DNA from: Laetmonice hystrix
Taxonomy: Eukaryota
Direction of reading: 5' to 3'
Assembly (NCBI GenBank): GCA_965235115.1
Contig: OZ249436.1
Span: forward strand, 33,668,001 to 33,732,000
DNA length: 64,000 nt
In this document: positions 27,997 to 42,177 of the stretch, piece by piece
Position numbering within the stretch: the stretch's first letter is position 1
Layout of the letters: each line of letters opens with the position of its first letter
Program-made: the position numbers and the translations under genes
The notes under the pieces: model-generated
Database searches by the model: none
Told to the model about the DNA's origin: nothing
Seen by the model: the letters and a program-made list of their open reading frames with translations, nothing else

Positions 27997-28383
27997 GACC
28001 AAATGAAACGCCAGCATTTACCTCAGGGCAATAAATGCCACAATTACGATGTCTGAATGAAGTAATTTTAACGTGTAACTGCCCGATGTGTGACGCCGCT
28101 GGTTCTAACCTTGCTCTGCTTGTGTGTCCATCACCTCGGACGCTTACAAAGGTTGGGACTCCAAACATCGTGTAGTCAAGGTATGTGATCCCGAGCAGAG
28201 TAAACACGTAATGTTACGCAATATGCCGTGGTGTGCAGCATTCGGCTCTGATGAACACACAAGCAGGTCAAGGTCAGAACCAGCGGCGTCACACATCGGG
28301 CAGTTACACGTTAATTACTTCATTCAGACAACGTAATTGTGGTATTTATTGCCCTGAGGTAAATGCTGATGTTCCATTTGGTC
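27997..28383. repeat. Foldback inverted repeat with ~135-bp arms
   Basis: ~27997-28131 is the approximate reverse complement of ~28249-28383. Confidence 0.85.
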
Positions 28384-29168
28384 TACGAAACCTTATTTGC
28401 CGTGTGATTTGCCATAATAGAGGATCTGGTTCTTAAAAATACCTAGGCAATGGGGGGATGTGTCCACGAACAGGATGCGGCGTCCGCGAATGGGTCAGGA
28501 AGGTTTTAGTTCCCCAGGTTGGCAACAATTATTTAGCAGGTTCTTCCACAAAGCGACTGTCAGAATGTTGCTGTGATCAGACTGACCTCTCTCCTCTGTC
28601 TCTGTTCCTTCAGCGTTTGAAAATCCAGAATTATGCTGTCGGTTAGACTTGCACGGGAGAATTGTGAATCACGCATGTGAGACTTAAAAAGCAATCTTGG
28701 AATCCGTTTCCTTTTATGCACGTGTCGGCATGAAAGGAAACCATATCATAAAGTTGCACCAAAGTAGAACTAAAAAGCAAAATAGTGAATAGGTTATTGA
28801 AGAAACTTCAAATCCTAGTTCAATCTCTATTCAGAAGTATCACGGAATGCCTCGACAATTTGCATAGTCTTTCTGACTTAAATGTCAAAACGTCTTCTAT
28901 CAAGAGGGTCCAGTCATGCTAACCTAATAGAAACGTTTTCATTGAAAACCTAAATTGGCGTGGTCTATGCCTTCCCATTTTATTAAAATATAATATTATC
29001 ATAGTTATTATATTTTGATTACGGAGGTATTAAACTGGTTTGCTAACGGGTAGAAATAGTGGAGGTGGTATAACAATTGAAAGAACTAAACTTTTTAATC
29101 CAAGGGCATTAGCTATTTAAAATATGAATAATGAAAACGAGAGAAACATATAAATTTGTACCACTTAC

Positions 29169-29870
29169 CTGGCTTCTTAAGGCTGCTTCATTGTCATAAA
29201 CTATGGTTTGAGGCGCAACGTTCCTGCCTGCATTGCTGTATATGACCTTCACGATGATGCAACTATAACCGGAAGTACAGCCTTTGCCACAGGAACATTT
29301 CTTTTCCTCAATGGACCGTTCTATGGCGATCGGCAAACAGGTGGTGTCTTTAAACCGTTGGGCTTTCCTGTACGGGTCGACGACCAGAACCCCAACAACG
29401 ATGAGCGCAATGAAGCAAGCCATGACAAAGATGCCGATCCAGAGATAGAGTGTCATGGAACACAGCCGCGAGTTCCGGCACCTCCTGCAGCAACCGCGAC
29501 ACCACAACGGCACCTCTTCCTCATCGATGTCGCTGAGGTCGTCTTCCGACTCGGACCCCTTGTCGGCAAGTTCCACCTGCATGGCGATCGTGACCAGTTC
29601 CTCTGGAGGCTCACTCTCCTCCTCCCCGAGCCGTGTGAAGCCCGCCGTGCTCCGGCCTCCTCCAACTCCCCCTCCTCCTGCTCCCCTGGAGCCGCCCCCG
29701 GTGGCCGTACCCCCCTCCTGGCGGCGATAGCCCGACCCACCGTCCAGGTAAGCCAGCCCGCCGTGGTCCGGGTCATGAGTCAAACGGTCAGAGGCGCGTG
29801 GCTCGTAGTCGAAGTCGTCTATGTCCTCGCGGCCTTCGACCATGATGACCGGGTGGGGTAGCGCTGCCAT
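29169..29870 (-). CDS. First coding exon of a calcium-activated K+ (BK) channel beta-subunit-like protein (CaKB/KCNMB/TipE-related); partial gene
   Basis: Acidic/Gly-rich N-terminus, a Cys cluster, TM1 (LYLWIGIFVMACFIALIVVGVLVV), then DPY...F..TTC, CSCGKGCTSGYSCIIVKVIY and VYDNE, resembling the KCNMB extracellular loop. Start context GGCATGG, acceptor TTTCCGGTTGCAG at 29957, donor CAG|GTAAGT at 29168. Confidence 0.75.
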
Positions 29871-31307
29871 GCCAACCGGCGGCCAACACGTGCCGCTACT
29901 CCTCCTCACAGAACGAGCTCAGATTAATACAGATTTGTAGGAGAATACATCATGATCTGCAACCGGAAATGAAAAAAAATAGGGAATCCAGCTCCACAAA
30001 TCCTGCTTGCTATTTCAGCAGTCAAAAGAAGGCTGGAAGTAATCTATAAGGCAATGTACACTTTGGGCTGGGGTATTTTGCACCAGCCTGTTCTAATAAC
30101 GTTCCTTGTAAGGTTCGGTGATGAACTCACTATCCAACGATAGGTATTTTATCAGAATAAAATGAGAAGAGCCCTTTTAGACCAGATAAAACTAAATCAA
30201 TTAACGAAAATAATTAAATCTCATGAATCTTGAATGCGGCCTACAGACAGTGATCCCTGTAAATCCGTCAATCCTTCGGGATAACCCGTTGGCTTGGCCC
30301 CGTTAAATCCGTACTAATGACTTCCAGTCATTACGCCCGGACCAGTTTGTCTCGCGGCCAAGTTGATCTAAGAGGTACCGCATGAGGACATCTGCTGTCC
30401 GGGGCTGTCTCGGCGGACCTCAGGGATCCTCCCAGCTCAGCGCCGAATCTACATTAATCCTACTCCAGCACTATCTATCGGCAGACTCCAGATGGTATGG
30501 CTTTCCTCTCGCTCCACACCCAAGCTCCCCCAGCGGAGTCGTTGTCTTTCTTCTCCCCACGAAGACAAACGACCATTCCACGGAGTTTTCCAGTTGCACG
30601 TCTCCCAATGCGTGAGAGCCGTTGCCCGCAGGGTATTGCGTTTCTTATTGCGGTCCAAGTCCGGAATCCCTGAAAGCAGAACCTGGAGGCGCTGTGAGGG
30701 ATATTGGCTTACTGCTGGCCACGTTGCGTACGATGAAAGTCCTCCACGTGCTCTGATCAGCTCCAGGGAGAGTAGAGAGTGACCGAGCCCGTGCGACTCC
30801 GGGCCCCAAGTTACGGCAGGGTGGGTGGGGACTGGGGAGGGGGGACGTGAAGGGGTGACATCCACACTGTTTTATCTTGAGATGAGATAGTGCTGCCGCG
30901 GTCCGGTGCTGCAATATGGGTAATCGTCGCTTACTATCAGTTAATTATCGTCACACGCCTCTCAGATTAAGGCCAGCATCAGCGATGGGTAGAAACATGT
31001 CCGTGAGGGGTAATCATATGTTGCTGCACTATTCATGAAACAACATTTATATCAATCGGGTAGTTGCCGTTCAATCGTCCAGTTATTGCAAACTTCATCT
31101 TCTAATAGGTTTCCATGACCTGTCGCCATAGTTCGATTTTTAGAACAGGCACGAAGGTCTCATCGCGGGTATAGTCGGTGGTTATTGATCTTCTATCCTT
31201 GGATATGTATTGATATGTGTGCTGCTCTCCAATGTCTGGGGATTGAAGCAAAGGCTGTATAAATCAAGAGGGCGCTTTTGTGTGTTTTCTTTCCTAATTT
31301 CGAGGTT

Positions 31308-31321
31308 TTTCTCTCTCTCTC

Positions 31322-31366
<45 letters not shown>

Positions 31367-31400
31367 CCCTCTCTCTTTCCCTTCCTCTCTCTTCTCTGTC
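31308..31400. repeat. (CT)n microsatellite
   Basis: Direct inspection. Confidence 0.95.
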
Positions 31401-34400
31401 TCGCCAATTCTCTCAGCAGAAAGTATTGCAGCCCACGCGACGGACCAATAGCGTGTGGTTGAGGTCTGCCAGAGTCAGAGATGTCACATCCTCGGGATCA
31501 GCTCCAATTGACTTATGTCGCCGGCCGGAGGCTGATGTACACGTGGGAAAGTCGAAGGGAGGCTAACTGGGTGCACTCCTAGCTCGTCATCAACGACTTG
31601 AGTGGCGGTCGTTTGTCGGGATCGCATGACTTTCTAACCTCTCACTTCCCGCCATTCTCCCGATTGAAATCCCTCGCCGCCGCGATGACTTCGGACCAGC
31701 CTTCAGGAAGCCGTTCATAAAGTGTTGTCTCTCCACATGGCCGACCAGCTTTGCCACACGTGCTCTTTTCTCTCCAAGTCGTGGCATGTATATGACCAAT
31801 CTCTAGCTGCCACTCATTTGCCATCCATCCAAGAGATGGATTTGCAGCGCAGGCGTCGAACGGGATTATTATAGCTCTCTGTACGAAGGATGTGCTGGTG
31901 GCATGTATCAGATCATCCTCTGGACACACGGCGCTTCCAGCGTCAATGAGGAAGCGTGCAGCAGCCGCTGTTCAAAATTAAACATGAACTCCTTGCTTTA
32001 ACACAGCAAACGACCGACACGTGGAAAGCAGCGTTATCACGCCAACCGGAAGTTAGTCTGCCGTCTGCTTTCAATGGAAATCAATGAGGCGCAGTCCAAT
32101 ACTTTTGATGAAGGAATTCTCGAGTAAAAGTTAGAAGGACCAGGCGTTGACAGTCAAATATAATTGAAATTTGGCGTTAAGTTAAAATGCCCAGGACTGT
32201 CTAGCATCTTTCTTTACAAAGCGCCCCTCTCATCTTCTAATCCGCCTGTATAAACCTTATGAAGAAAAGACGGCCTCGCCCAATTGGAAAGCAGCTCCAG
32301 TCGTAATTCCATCGTATGAAGCGTAATGCGATTTTGGCCGCCTAATAAGAAAGGATTGGGTGACAACTTGAAAGGGAAACACAGTTGGGCAGATCCAACT
32401 TATCAATACCGAATTGTACTTACCGAACACCGACCATTTACGTAATCAAGAAGGTAAACATCCGAATTAAATCACCACACAGAGATGTCTCTACATACTG
32501 AGTTTACCGTATTCAAACTACCGGCCACTATAAATTAATGCATGTCCTTCAGTGATGTTGGAACGGGGCAAATTATCAGCATTCGTCCATATAAGCCGAT
32601 GATACATTAACCCCCACCCCCTTCTTTGGGGTCAGAGGTAAGAATGATCTTCAGCAATTACCCCCTGCTGATCCTACTTTAAAAGGCGACGAATGGGTCG
32701 AGGGGTTTGTGGTGAAGTGTTGGATTGCTGAAGCGGACAGATGGGTCCGTGTTCTTGTTCACTTTCTCATTGACCCTCGCCAACAGGGAGAAAAATAGAA
32801 TTCTTGTCAATTTATTAAAAAAATGGGTGGCGGGGGGGGGGGGTCATTCACTTCCTTATCATCATCACCCTGACTGAACAAATTATTGCTGTTTTTTCGG
32901 CCTAAATTTGGCTCAAATACTACCAAGAAGACGTAAACCACAAGTTTCCCCACTCGCCTAATCTGTAACATTAATCATAGAAAGCTTTTGCAGTTTAACA
33001 AGGTATTCATTACATAATTAAGGTCATGTATATAGTTCATCATAGTTCATCATAGTAAGCATCCAGAAGTCCTTTGTGACTTATTTGCAAGATAATATGA
33101 GTTAATCCATCGTACAACACGCCAGAATAAACATTATTATGTACCCAAGGCCAATGTAAACCCTTTGAACTCTCGACACTAACACAAGGTCCAAAATATT
33201 ATAATGAACTGATTGATATTTGATATAAATTGCTCAATACATACATATAAAAGGAAATTGTCAACCTTTCTAATGAGCACTATCTAGGATCACTTTTCTA
33301 TGTTCTCATAATTGTTACAATTAACTGTTATAATCACCCTTGCCCCATTGTACAGACATCCCATATAACATCCCCGTTGTCCATAAGTTCTTATATACTT
33401 ATTCTATTATACGCCATACATGTTTTTACAAATATACACTTGTATCTTGATCAGGGATACTATAAGCATATAGCTTCATTACCCTAATTAAATATACCAC
33501 AAATGATGTATTGGATTAATAAAATGATTGATTGATTGATGCGCGGCACCTATAAAATCTCCCACCATATCTCGCCATGGTAACCAATGTAGCCAACCTA
33601 AACCCACTACATATCAATATAAAGTATTTCAATATAAAAAACAAGTATTTTTGATTTAAAAAATGTATAGATATCACCGTGGTTACTTTTTTGTTATAAG
33701 CCGAGGTTTATGGGAAATAATGCCTGTGCAAAGCCTTGGGTTTATCCTGGTGGCCTCCAGATTAGTGTGAGATGCACTCAAATTAACAGCAACGTGAATT
33801 TTCTATAGTCTGCCCACACAAAAGTTAGCATGGTAACATATGGATTATATTTACCTTTTTAAAATCAGAAACACTTTTTCTTTCTATCCAAATACATAAT
33901 ATTAATACATTGATATAGCACATGACTTTAAACTGTTTCTCAAACATAACGGACGAAGATATTCGACAGCAGAAGTCGCCTTCACCCACTCTAAAATTAT
34001 TTACTATCTTAAAGGTCGATCACCCTACGGCCGCCGATTTTGGCGAAGGGCTGTCCCCATCTCCTACGAATCCGCGTATTTCAAGCTTACCTGATCTTGA
34101 ATCTATCCCACTGGAGTGATAAAACATTCGGTCATATCCATAACATTGTTGTGCTAGGTCTATTGTTGATTATGAGCCATAATGAGGCGATACGTCCCAT
34201 ATTTTTCATGTCAATGGATTGAGAACCGAGAACGACCGCCATGGCCGTGTTAGCATTGTTAGGGCGGTCGTTACTATATATATAGCAACGGGATTGGGCG
34301 CATGCGTTGCCTCGCACTGCTCCGCCCGCCCTCCCCCCATAATCCAAATAAGGGCATGATTTGATTCGCGTGCTCTCGTCTCTAGCCAAATAGGTAAACG

Positions 34401-35914
34401 CTTAATTAAATAATTAAAAATATTGTCGATATGGACGCGCCATGGTACCAGCCTGCTAGAAACCCCTTAAAATAATTGTTTTTACTCAAGTTTTGCTTTG
34501 GTTTTTTTTTTCAATTTTCGGACAGATTTCCTTTAAAGTTACCCTTAAAAAATGGAAAAATATGCCTCTGTTGGCTTCCACGCCGATTCCGCTGCAATAC
34601 TCTGTGATCTATAACTAGATTACCACTAGTTCCCAACCCGCGCTGGCTTGAGAAAATAGCGGACGCACTGGCTTGAGAAAATAGAGTAGGGTAACTCGGA
34701 AACCTATAACATAACTCATGTTTTGCTTCGCTAGACCTGAAATTTTAACATGGTGTCCTTAGGATTCAACCGTAAGTATTTGAGGAAAATTTGGCGCCAC
34801 TTTAACTTATCGTTTGATTAAAAAAGGATGTGCAAAGCCGCGCATAAACAGCTCGTTGGTTTGTGAAGAATGAAAAAAATGCACTTTCGCCAAACTTGAG
34901 AGCTATCTGAAAGGGTATAAATAGCTTCGTCAAGCTTGGTTATCTTATACATGTATCACGCCTTCATTGATCTGTCGCATGCATACTTCCAAGGCCTCGT
35001 CCATACAGACTGACTTAGCTTACATACCGTAAGGTAAATCCTCTTGTTGGATTCGCGGCGTCCATGGTAGGTCCAGTTTGATCATGTTTTAAAGGGAGGA
35101 TCAAAGTAAGGGCCTTCAATTGATTTTGGGGAGGTCTTTAGAAGTTTGGCTTGAGGTTTTAACTAGAGGCGTTCCCATAGGCAAAACACATGGATAGAGA
35201 TAAATATTTAAGAAATCTTTAAATGGGGAGTCAAGCAAAGGTTTTACGGCAATCATCTTCCGTAGAATGCTCGCTTCTGATTTTCGTTCTACCATTTATC
35301 AGTCTTTTCGTTAATGTGTGTAGTTGTCAGCCTAATGAACGTGTCTGTCCTATAGGCAACTAAATGCTAATGCAATTACCAGACTGATCGCGCTTACACT
35401 TATCGCAGACCAGTCAGTTAGTTTGTCTTATAAAGAGAAAAAATCTGAAAGGTAAATTTCATCTTGTCACTGTGGAGAATATCACCAATGCATTCGGCTC
35501 AACGAAGATTAAATGCGACCAATGCTGGCGCTGTCTGGCGGCTAGTTTCGTGAGGGCAGGATATATATACTCTGTTGTAACGACGTGGCTGCATGGATAG
35601 CTCCCAATAATCAGGCGTTCTCGTAGTCAACAAGCTTCAGACTTATGGCGCCATCTAAAATACTTCTAAGCTTCCTATTTATTTATGTCCATCTTTTGGA
35701 CAGAGAAAATGGGGAGGGTACGCTGTTCTTACTCATAAAGACGACAACATCTGCGTCAACCATGTAGGCACACTTGATATACAGTATATAAAGTCAAAAC
35801 TTTTGTTATCCCTTTGTCTGCTGCAGTCTCTCTTGTATCCCTTTCCACTTGGTGTCCCTCGTGGAAGTCAGGGGTAACAATTATAGTCCTGGCTGCTAGT
35901 AAACGGTGACAAAT

Positions 35915-36200
35915 GGGGCGAGGGGTGCGGTGTGGGGAAATGGTCGAGTGCCGCATTGCAAAATCATCTGCATGGCAGATATATTTACATCCTTCCAGTA
36001 TCATTTTTCTCGGTGTCTCTCCCCAGTGCTCCGCAACTGGGCTATAGTTATGCCGAGCTATGCCTGTGTGACTGGGCATGTAAAAGAACCCTTGCCATTT
36101 TTCGAAAAGAGTAAGGGATTGCCTCCCGATGGCAGATTTCTGTCTCACTTCATATCATCACCCCCGTGGACTCGGGGGTACAATAGGTCCCTTGACTAAA
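35915..36200 (+). mobile_element. Probable Meta-domain (MetaSINE/MESC-like) tRNA-derived SINE, degenerate
   Basis: Core ccagtgctccgcaactgg...gcatgtaaaagaacccttgcc...tcgaaaagagta (36023-36114) resembles the Meta-domain consensus as I recall it. Weak A-box-like head. Confidence 0.5.
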
Positions 36201-37064
36201 TTAAATGGTTTAATATCTCCCTGACAATGACTGAAATACTGTCGACATAGCGTACCCCCCCCCCCCCCCCTCCAATCCAATTCGACCGTTCATTCACACT
36301 TACACTTGGTGCTATTTCCTTGGACAGCTCCCGACCGCTCCCGACTGCAGCACAAGCAAATCGTAGCCGATTCGAATCGGGAACCAAGCGGCTCGGCGGA
36401 AGTTGACCAAAATCGGGACAGTGTGCGTGGTTCCCGACTAAAGCCGACTGTCGTCGGTCTCTCCTGGCCACCCACACTGCATGGATCGGGAGCCGATATA
36501 ATCGTGAGAGTGTATGGTGGTCAGTCGGGAGTCGGGAGTTGGGCAAAGTCGTAACAGTGTACGGCGCGCTTAAAAGTCAGTCTTCATCCTGAAGTGTACC
36601 ATGATCTTGAAATCTTGAAATCTACCCTCCTCAGTACTTGGAAAGCTGCATGTCAAATGACAGTATTAATGCCCCATTTGTCAAATTTCGAGAAGAATTC
36701 CCCATATTGTTGACAAATTGAAAAGAAAATGAAAAAGCTTGAAGAGCAGACTCAGAAACTAGATACGGGAAACAATGGGCCAGGGTTCATGTTGTCCGCA
36801 CACCCAAAGCTGGGACTTCTCCGAATAGCAGAATGTATAGATCTAAAGACGATTAAAGACCATCAGGGAGCTGCTCGCATTTCGAAAGATGAAATTAAGA
36901 AGGATGATGATGAACTCTATGAGAATGGGAGAAGGAGAAGGAAATTTGGGCTTGCAGCGAAAAGGAACAATGAATTTAGGAGTAGAATCTTGTCAGTGCA
37001 GGAGGCATTATCTACGATCCTCAATGAAATTTATAATGCGTCGCCAAGCATTCTGACTGCGTAC

Positions 37065-38596
37065 TACGGTGGCCCAGAAGTACAAAATCGTCTACTCGTC
37101 GACCAGATTCCTCCACTCGTCGGCCTCATTCCTCTACTCGTCGACCAGATTCCTCCACTCGTCGGCCTCAATCCTCTACTCGTCGACCACTCAATCCTCT
37201 ACTCGTCGACCAGATTACTTCACTCGTCGGCCTCATTCCTTGACTCGTCGACCGGATTCCTCGACTCGACGGTCGCACATTCCTTCACTCGTCGGTCAGA
37301 TTCCTCGACTCGACGGTCGCACATTCCTCGACTCGACGGTCGCAAATTCCTTGACTCCACGGCCAGATTCTTCCACTCCACTCATCTATGGGAAGTAGCT
37401 GCTGACATCTGACGGTCATTCTTGTAGTATATGACAAACTACAGGTGGCGCTGCGATCGGGAGTGGAACTCTCTTGTGTGGAGATACTAAATAGACGGAA
37501 GTTAGAGTATTTCTGATTGTATGCAAGCGCTGGAAAGTTTTTGCCGAATTAAGATTCCCACTGCTCTTCAAATTTCTGCTAAAGAAGTACAACTTATAAT
37601 GAGCAGGTCTTACCACATAAATGCCTTTCAAATGCTATTTTGAAAAAGAAAATGGAGTAGCCAATAGGTATATTAACATTTTGAAAATGTCAACTCGGAG
37701 CCCGGGCGGCCCCGCAAGCATGGGGCGAGCCCGGCGGTATATGTTGGCGGCTCTCGGTCGCTGCTACTGCCGTGTAACGTCCACCTGCCAAGGTGGGTCA
37801 CCCGCGGCCGGCCGTGGTCGTGGGCCGGGCACCGTGACATCAGCAGGACTGGCCGCACGGGTGCCTGACGGTGGAGGCAGTAAGGGGGCCCGGGGGCCTG
37901 GGGTGAAAACGGCCAACCGTGTCTCCCCACGTAGGCTGAACTTATCCTACAGTAGGCCTACTCTGTTTTACAGGTCTATTTTATATAGTGAGGAGAAGAC
38001 TTGGCTACGAGATGTGAAGGTCTGAGACTGCATGCCTCTGACCGCCGGGGATGTGACGGCCTGACCGCCGGGGATGTGACGGTCTGACTGTCAGTGCCAT
38101 TGGGAGTGTGGCTGTGCCGTCACGCGGGCGTTTTGACTTTAGCCGTGTGACGGCAATTCATTAGGATAGTGTGTACTTCAGTGCTACGTTTATTTTCGTT
38201 ATTTAGGGCCTACAGTTCAAAATCAATATGCTGTGGTAGGTGATCGGATGAAAAAATTCCTTTGTGGCTTCTTTCGCTACTTCCGGTCTATGCAAGCGCC
38301 CTCTGGTGAGAGCCACTGCAGCAGCGAGTTCAGTTTTACCACAATATCTGAGGACTGAATCGACGAACCGAGGAATATGTGGGGCCGTCGAGTGAAGGAA
38401 TATGTGACCGTCGAGTGAAGGAATGAGGCCGACGAGTGAAGGAATGTGCGACCGTCGAGTCGAGGAATCTGGCCGACGAGTGAAGGAATGAGGCTGACGA
38501 GTGAAGGAATGTGCGACCGTCGAGTCGAGGAATCTGGCCGACGAGTGAAGGAATGAGGCCGACGAGTAGACGATTTTGTACTTCTGGGCCACCGTA
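37065..38596. mobile_element. TACGG..CCGTA inverted-repeat element with ~21-bp minisatellite arms and a GC-rich core
   Basis: TACGGTGGCCCAGAAGTACAAAATCGTCTACTCGTCG at the left end and its exact reverse complement at the right end. Flanks differ (GCGTAC vs GTAAAC). Confidence 0.75.
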
Positions 38597-41500
38597 GTAA
38601 ACAATCTTTTCGCCACATTTATGTCAACAATTTGGATACCGGTAGTGATTCTAATGATAACTATGGCTCCTTTGATAAGGAAGATTATGTATAAGGCCAT
38701 GTATAATGGGTTGGTTAGCATCCTGTTGATCTGAATTTTCATGGTCGGGCGGGCGGTTTTTATTTTTTATTTCTTTTCTTAAAGCCAGCTGTCAATATAC
38801 ATTGCCTCATGCAGCTATCTGAAAGGATATTATTAGTTTTGGCTCTTTCGATGCCTTCACTATAATGTACAGAAAATACAGTTTGTATTTTTTGTTTTTA
38901 TTCAAATCATGGCACATCATTATTCCTTGTTTAAAACTAAATTATACGCATTATATCCCGTATATTTCTCCCTTAAAAATGCTGATGGGATGTGTTGTAA
39001 AAAAAATGTACACGTCACCCCTGTTCCTCGTTCCTGGAATTTTCACGTTGTCGATCTCTTCTGTACGAACTCTACATGTGGCGACACACCCACGAACACA
39101 CGCCTACACGTCACTGGCCTTTTCACCTGCCTCAGTGTGAACTGTACAGCCACTGGCGGACCCACCCAAATGTGCCTGTATCATTGCGGGATTGTCGCAG
39201 CTGTTTCCCGTTTCACCGGAGATTGGTGGTAAGCCAAATCCATGGGTCCGGGAAGAAACAGGCCTGCCTTCTCTGCCGATCTCAGACTAGTTCTTCATCC
39301 CGCCAACATTGACATATTGACGCACTCCGAGCGTCGTCTGTGTTCCTCTACATCCAAAACCACTGCATGGAGCACACTGCAAACTACTATGACTATGTTA
39401 CGTAATATTCAATGTAACATTTTGTCACCTTTAGTGTCGTAATATTTGTACAATAGCACAACACACAACTGCAAGACAACCCTACCTTTGTATTTACCCA
39501 TAAAGGTTCCATCAAAATGTACCAAGAGTTTATTACTCTTTCTATTTAGCATATTTAGATCAAAATATTCGCTGTGGTGAGACAGATAATTAAGGTGATA
39601 AATAATCTTTTATAGGCCTAGCTAATCCGGTGCCATCATATCATTTGGACAATCCAATTATTATGTATATATAGAAGTGGCTTGGATAACTCTCTTTCAC
39701 ATTTAGTAAATGAGGGCATCTGGATTAATCTTCTGTCGCATCTCGCATATTTCACTTTTGAGTCAAACGGTATTTTCAGATTTGCATTATCCCCATGCAC
39801 CTTTCATCCTTAGCAACATGATTGCCATTAAAAATATAGCGATCAAATAATGGCAACAAATGTAAGCAAATTAGTTCAGTCGCCCGAGCACGGTCCGTGG
39901 AGTTTACAAACCACTGCCATGGCAGACCGGCGTGGCTGCGTGGAGCGAAGGAAGGCTATTACTGATGGCACACACTGCTCCGTATTACAACTACATGCGC
40001 AGTTGTTTCGCTTTCAATTTATTACGAGATTGCAGGTAAATCTAGGTTGTTTAACATGACAGGGGGTCGATTTTGTGGCTTTAATTGACGGGACCCCTTT
40101 AACTACTGGAATCATAGAGAGAGGTAAAGAGGCACACAGAGGGGGAGACTGTATACTGTTTGAGCTACGCTCTCAAAAAGCTTTCAGAATATTTTGCCCA
40201 GTATTATCTTAGTGTATTGGCCCATTCTGAAATCATTGCCCAACGAAGGGCGCAGTCGCTCCCGATGTTGGCAATGCGCCAACGGTCTTTTTCATTCCGC
40301 TACGTAGGTATAGTGTCCCTTGAAGCCTTCCAACAGCGCTTTCCATTGCGGTTTTCCTGTGTCTCGAGCATGACTGATTGGTAGTTTTACGCCCTTTCGG
40401 CATCGGAGGCCGTTTTCATGGCAAGAATGCACTCTTTGAAAAGTGTTCTGTCCATGGGTGATGGGGATTTATTATCGCCGTGGCCCCACACCTCATAAAA
40501 CATGTTGGTGATACAGGCGGCTTATTCTATACCTCCGAGTTCACACGGAAGTAGAGAAAAGGGCAAGTTCGACTTCTGGACGCCACTGATATAAACATGA
40601 TCGAAACTGACCATCGACCAGTATGGGTCCCGAACGGCAAGAACTTGAACTATCATTCTCGACCAGGTCCGTACCCGGGGGCGGGGGTGGTTCCAGGGGT
40701 TGACCCTTGGACGCCTCGCGCCTTCGCTTGCGGCCTTATATGGACATCCCACCCTTTTAGGTCAATCCTGGGTACGGGCCTGTCTACTCTTATTTTACTG
40801 AAGCGTATAATATAGCCTACCCATTTGACGAAGTTGCGCGCAAATTCACTAAAGGTCCTAGGTGAGGACTACACCTATACATGTACCATGGGCGGATCCA
40901 GGATTTTTTTTAGGGGGGGGGGCTTACCGTCAGGCAAAAACATGTACCCCCCTCCACCCCCACCCTTCCGTACGATGCCACACGTTCGAAAGACATGAAT
41001 CCAGTGGCGGATTTAAGGGGCGGGTGACTGGGGTTGCAACCCCACCCCCGTTACGAAATAATTTTTCTTTTTTCCTGATTGAAAGGTTCACGCAAAACAT
41101 ACACCCCCGTTTGAGTAAAAGCGAGAATGAATATACACTCATTAAAACCAGCAACTCAGAAGACTCAGGGAGGAATCTCAGGGCAAGAGAACGAAAAGAG
41201 AACACGGGTTATAGCAGACATTAGAATCTCTCTAATGAGAGAACGGGAAATGCAGCATGTCATTAAATCCCCAAAGCTCTTTCTTTCTCCCCCATAACAG
41301 GAATCCTGGACACAATCCATGTTTATAAATGAGTTATGTGGCAAATCCCGGACCACCGATTCATATAGAAAATGTAATGTGACAAAATGAGATGAATTGC
41401 GGCAATTCAAACATTGAGTGTAGTCACTGCCTTTGTTACTGTGCTATAAAGCTGAAATAAAAAAGAGCAGTGGGGCGTTTTTCTCATACCAGATGTCAGA

Positions 41501-42177
41501 AAGTGTCGAAGTGAATGTACCGGGCAATCCTTCGTGTTTGATCATGCATTATGAAACGAAAAATTGGCTTTGAGACATCAGAAACATTTACAGTTCAGAA
41601 TGCGTCTATGCACATTGTTCACTTTAGGTGTTTCAACATTCTGTCAGGCTCCTTTCATTTGTAAGTTACACAAGAAGGATCATAGGCCAAGTTAATAATA
41701 AAAGCTTATCCAGTAACTGCCCACTGTTTGGCTTACTTACATGTACATGGCATGTATGCATGGGTGTGTGTAATATATCTCATGTGCATCTGCAATAGTA
41801 ATTTGATAACTAATTAATTACTTTCAATCACACTATAGAGTATTGTTAGTTTGTGGGTTTGACCATTTTTAAGTTATATCATTTACACGACCATTGACTG
41901 GGTGCTTAATTTGATTTATCTAACTACCCTTACACCTTCAAATCTACCTGCTTCCTCACATACATAGGCCAACATGTATTCCTGGATAGCGCTATCTACA
42001 TACACACAAATACACAACAGTAGACAATCATTCGATAACCGCTACTACAAAATATAAACACAGCAGTAACAGAGCAGAGTGGTGTGACAGTTGATCTGAC
42101 CAGAGGTCTCAGCCCGGGCATTGTTGGTGGCTCCCCCTGACGAGAAAGAAGGTAGTCTTGAAAAAACAACGGGGTTT

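Noticed and set aside
37069..37380. CRISPR-like regular repeats (also 2900-3160 and 62270-62410)
   Set aside because: Head-to-tail units without unique spacers, no cas genes, eukaryotic context.
36729..38742. 227-, 109-, 179- and 113-aa ORFs
   Set aside because: They mostly read through the ~21-bp minisatellite arms, and the unique parts have no recognisable domain.
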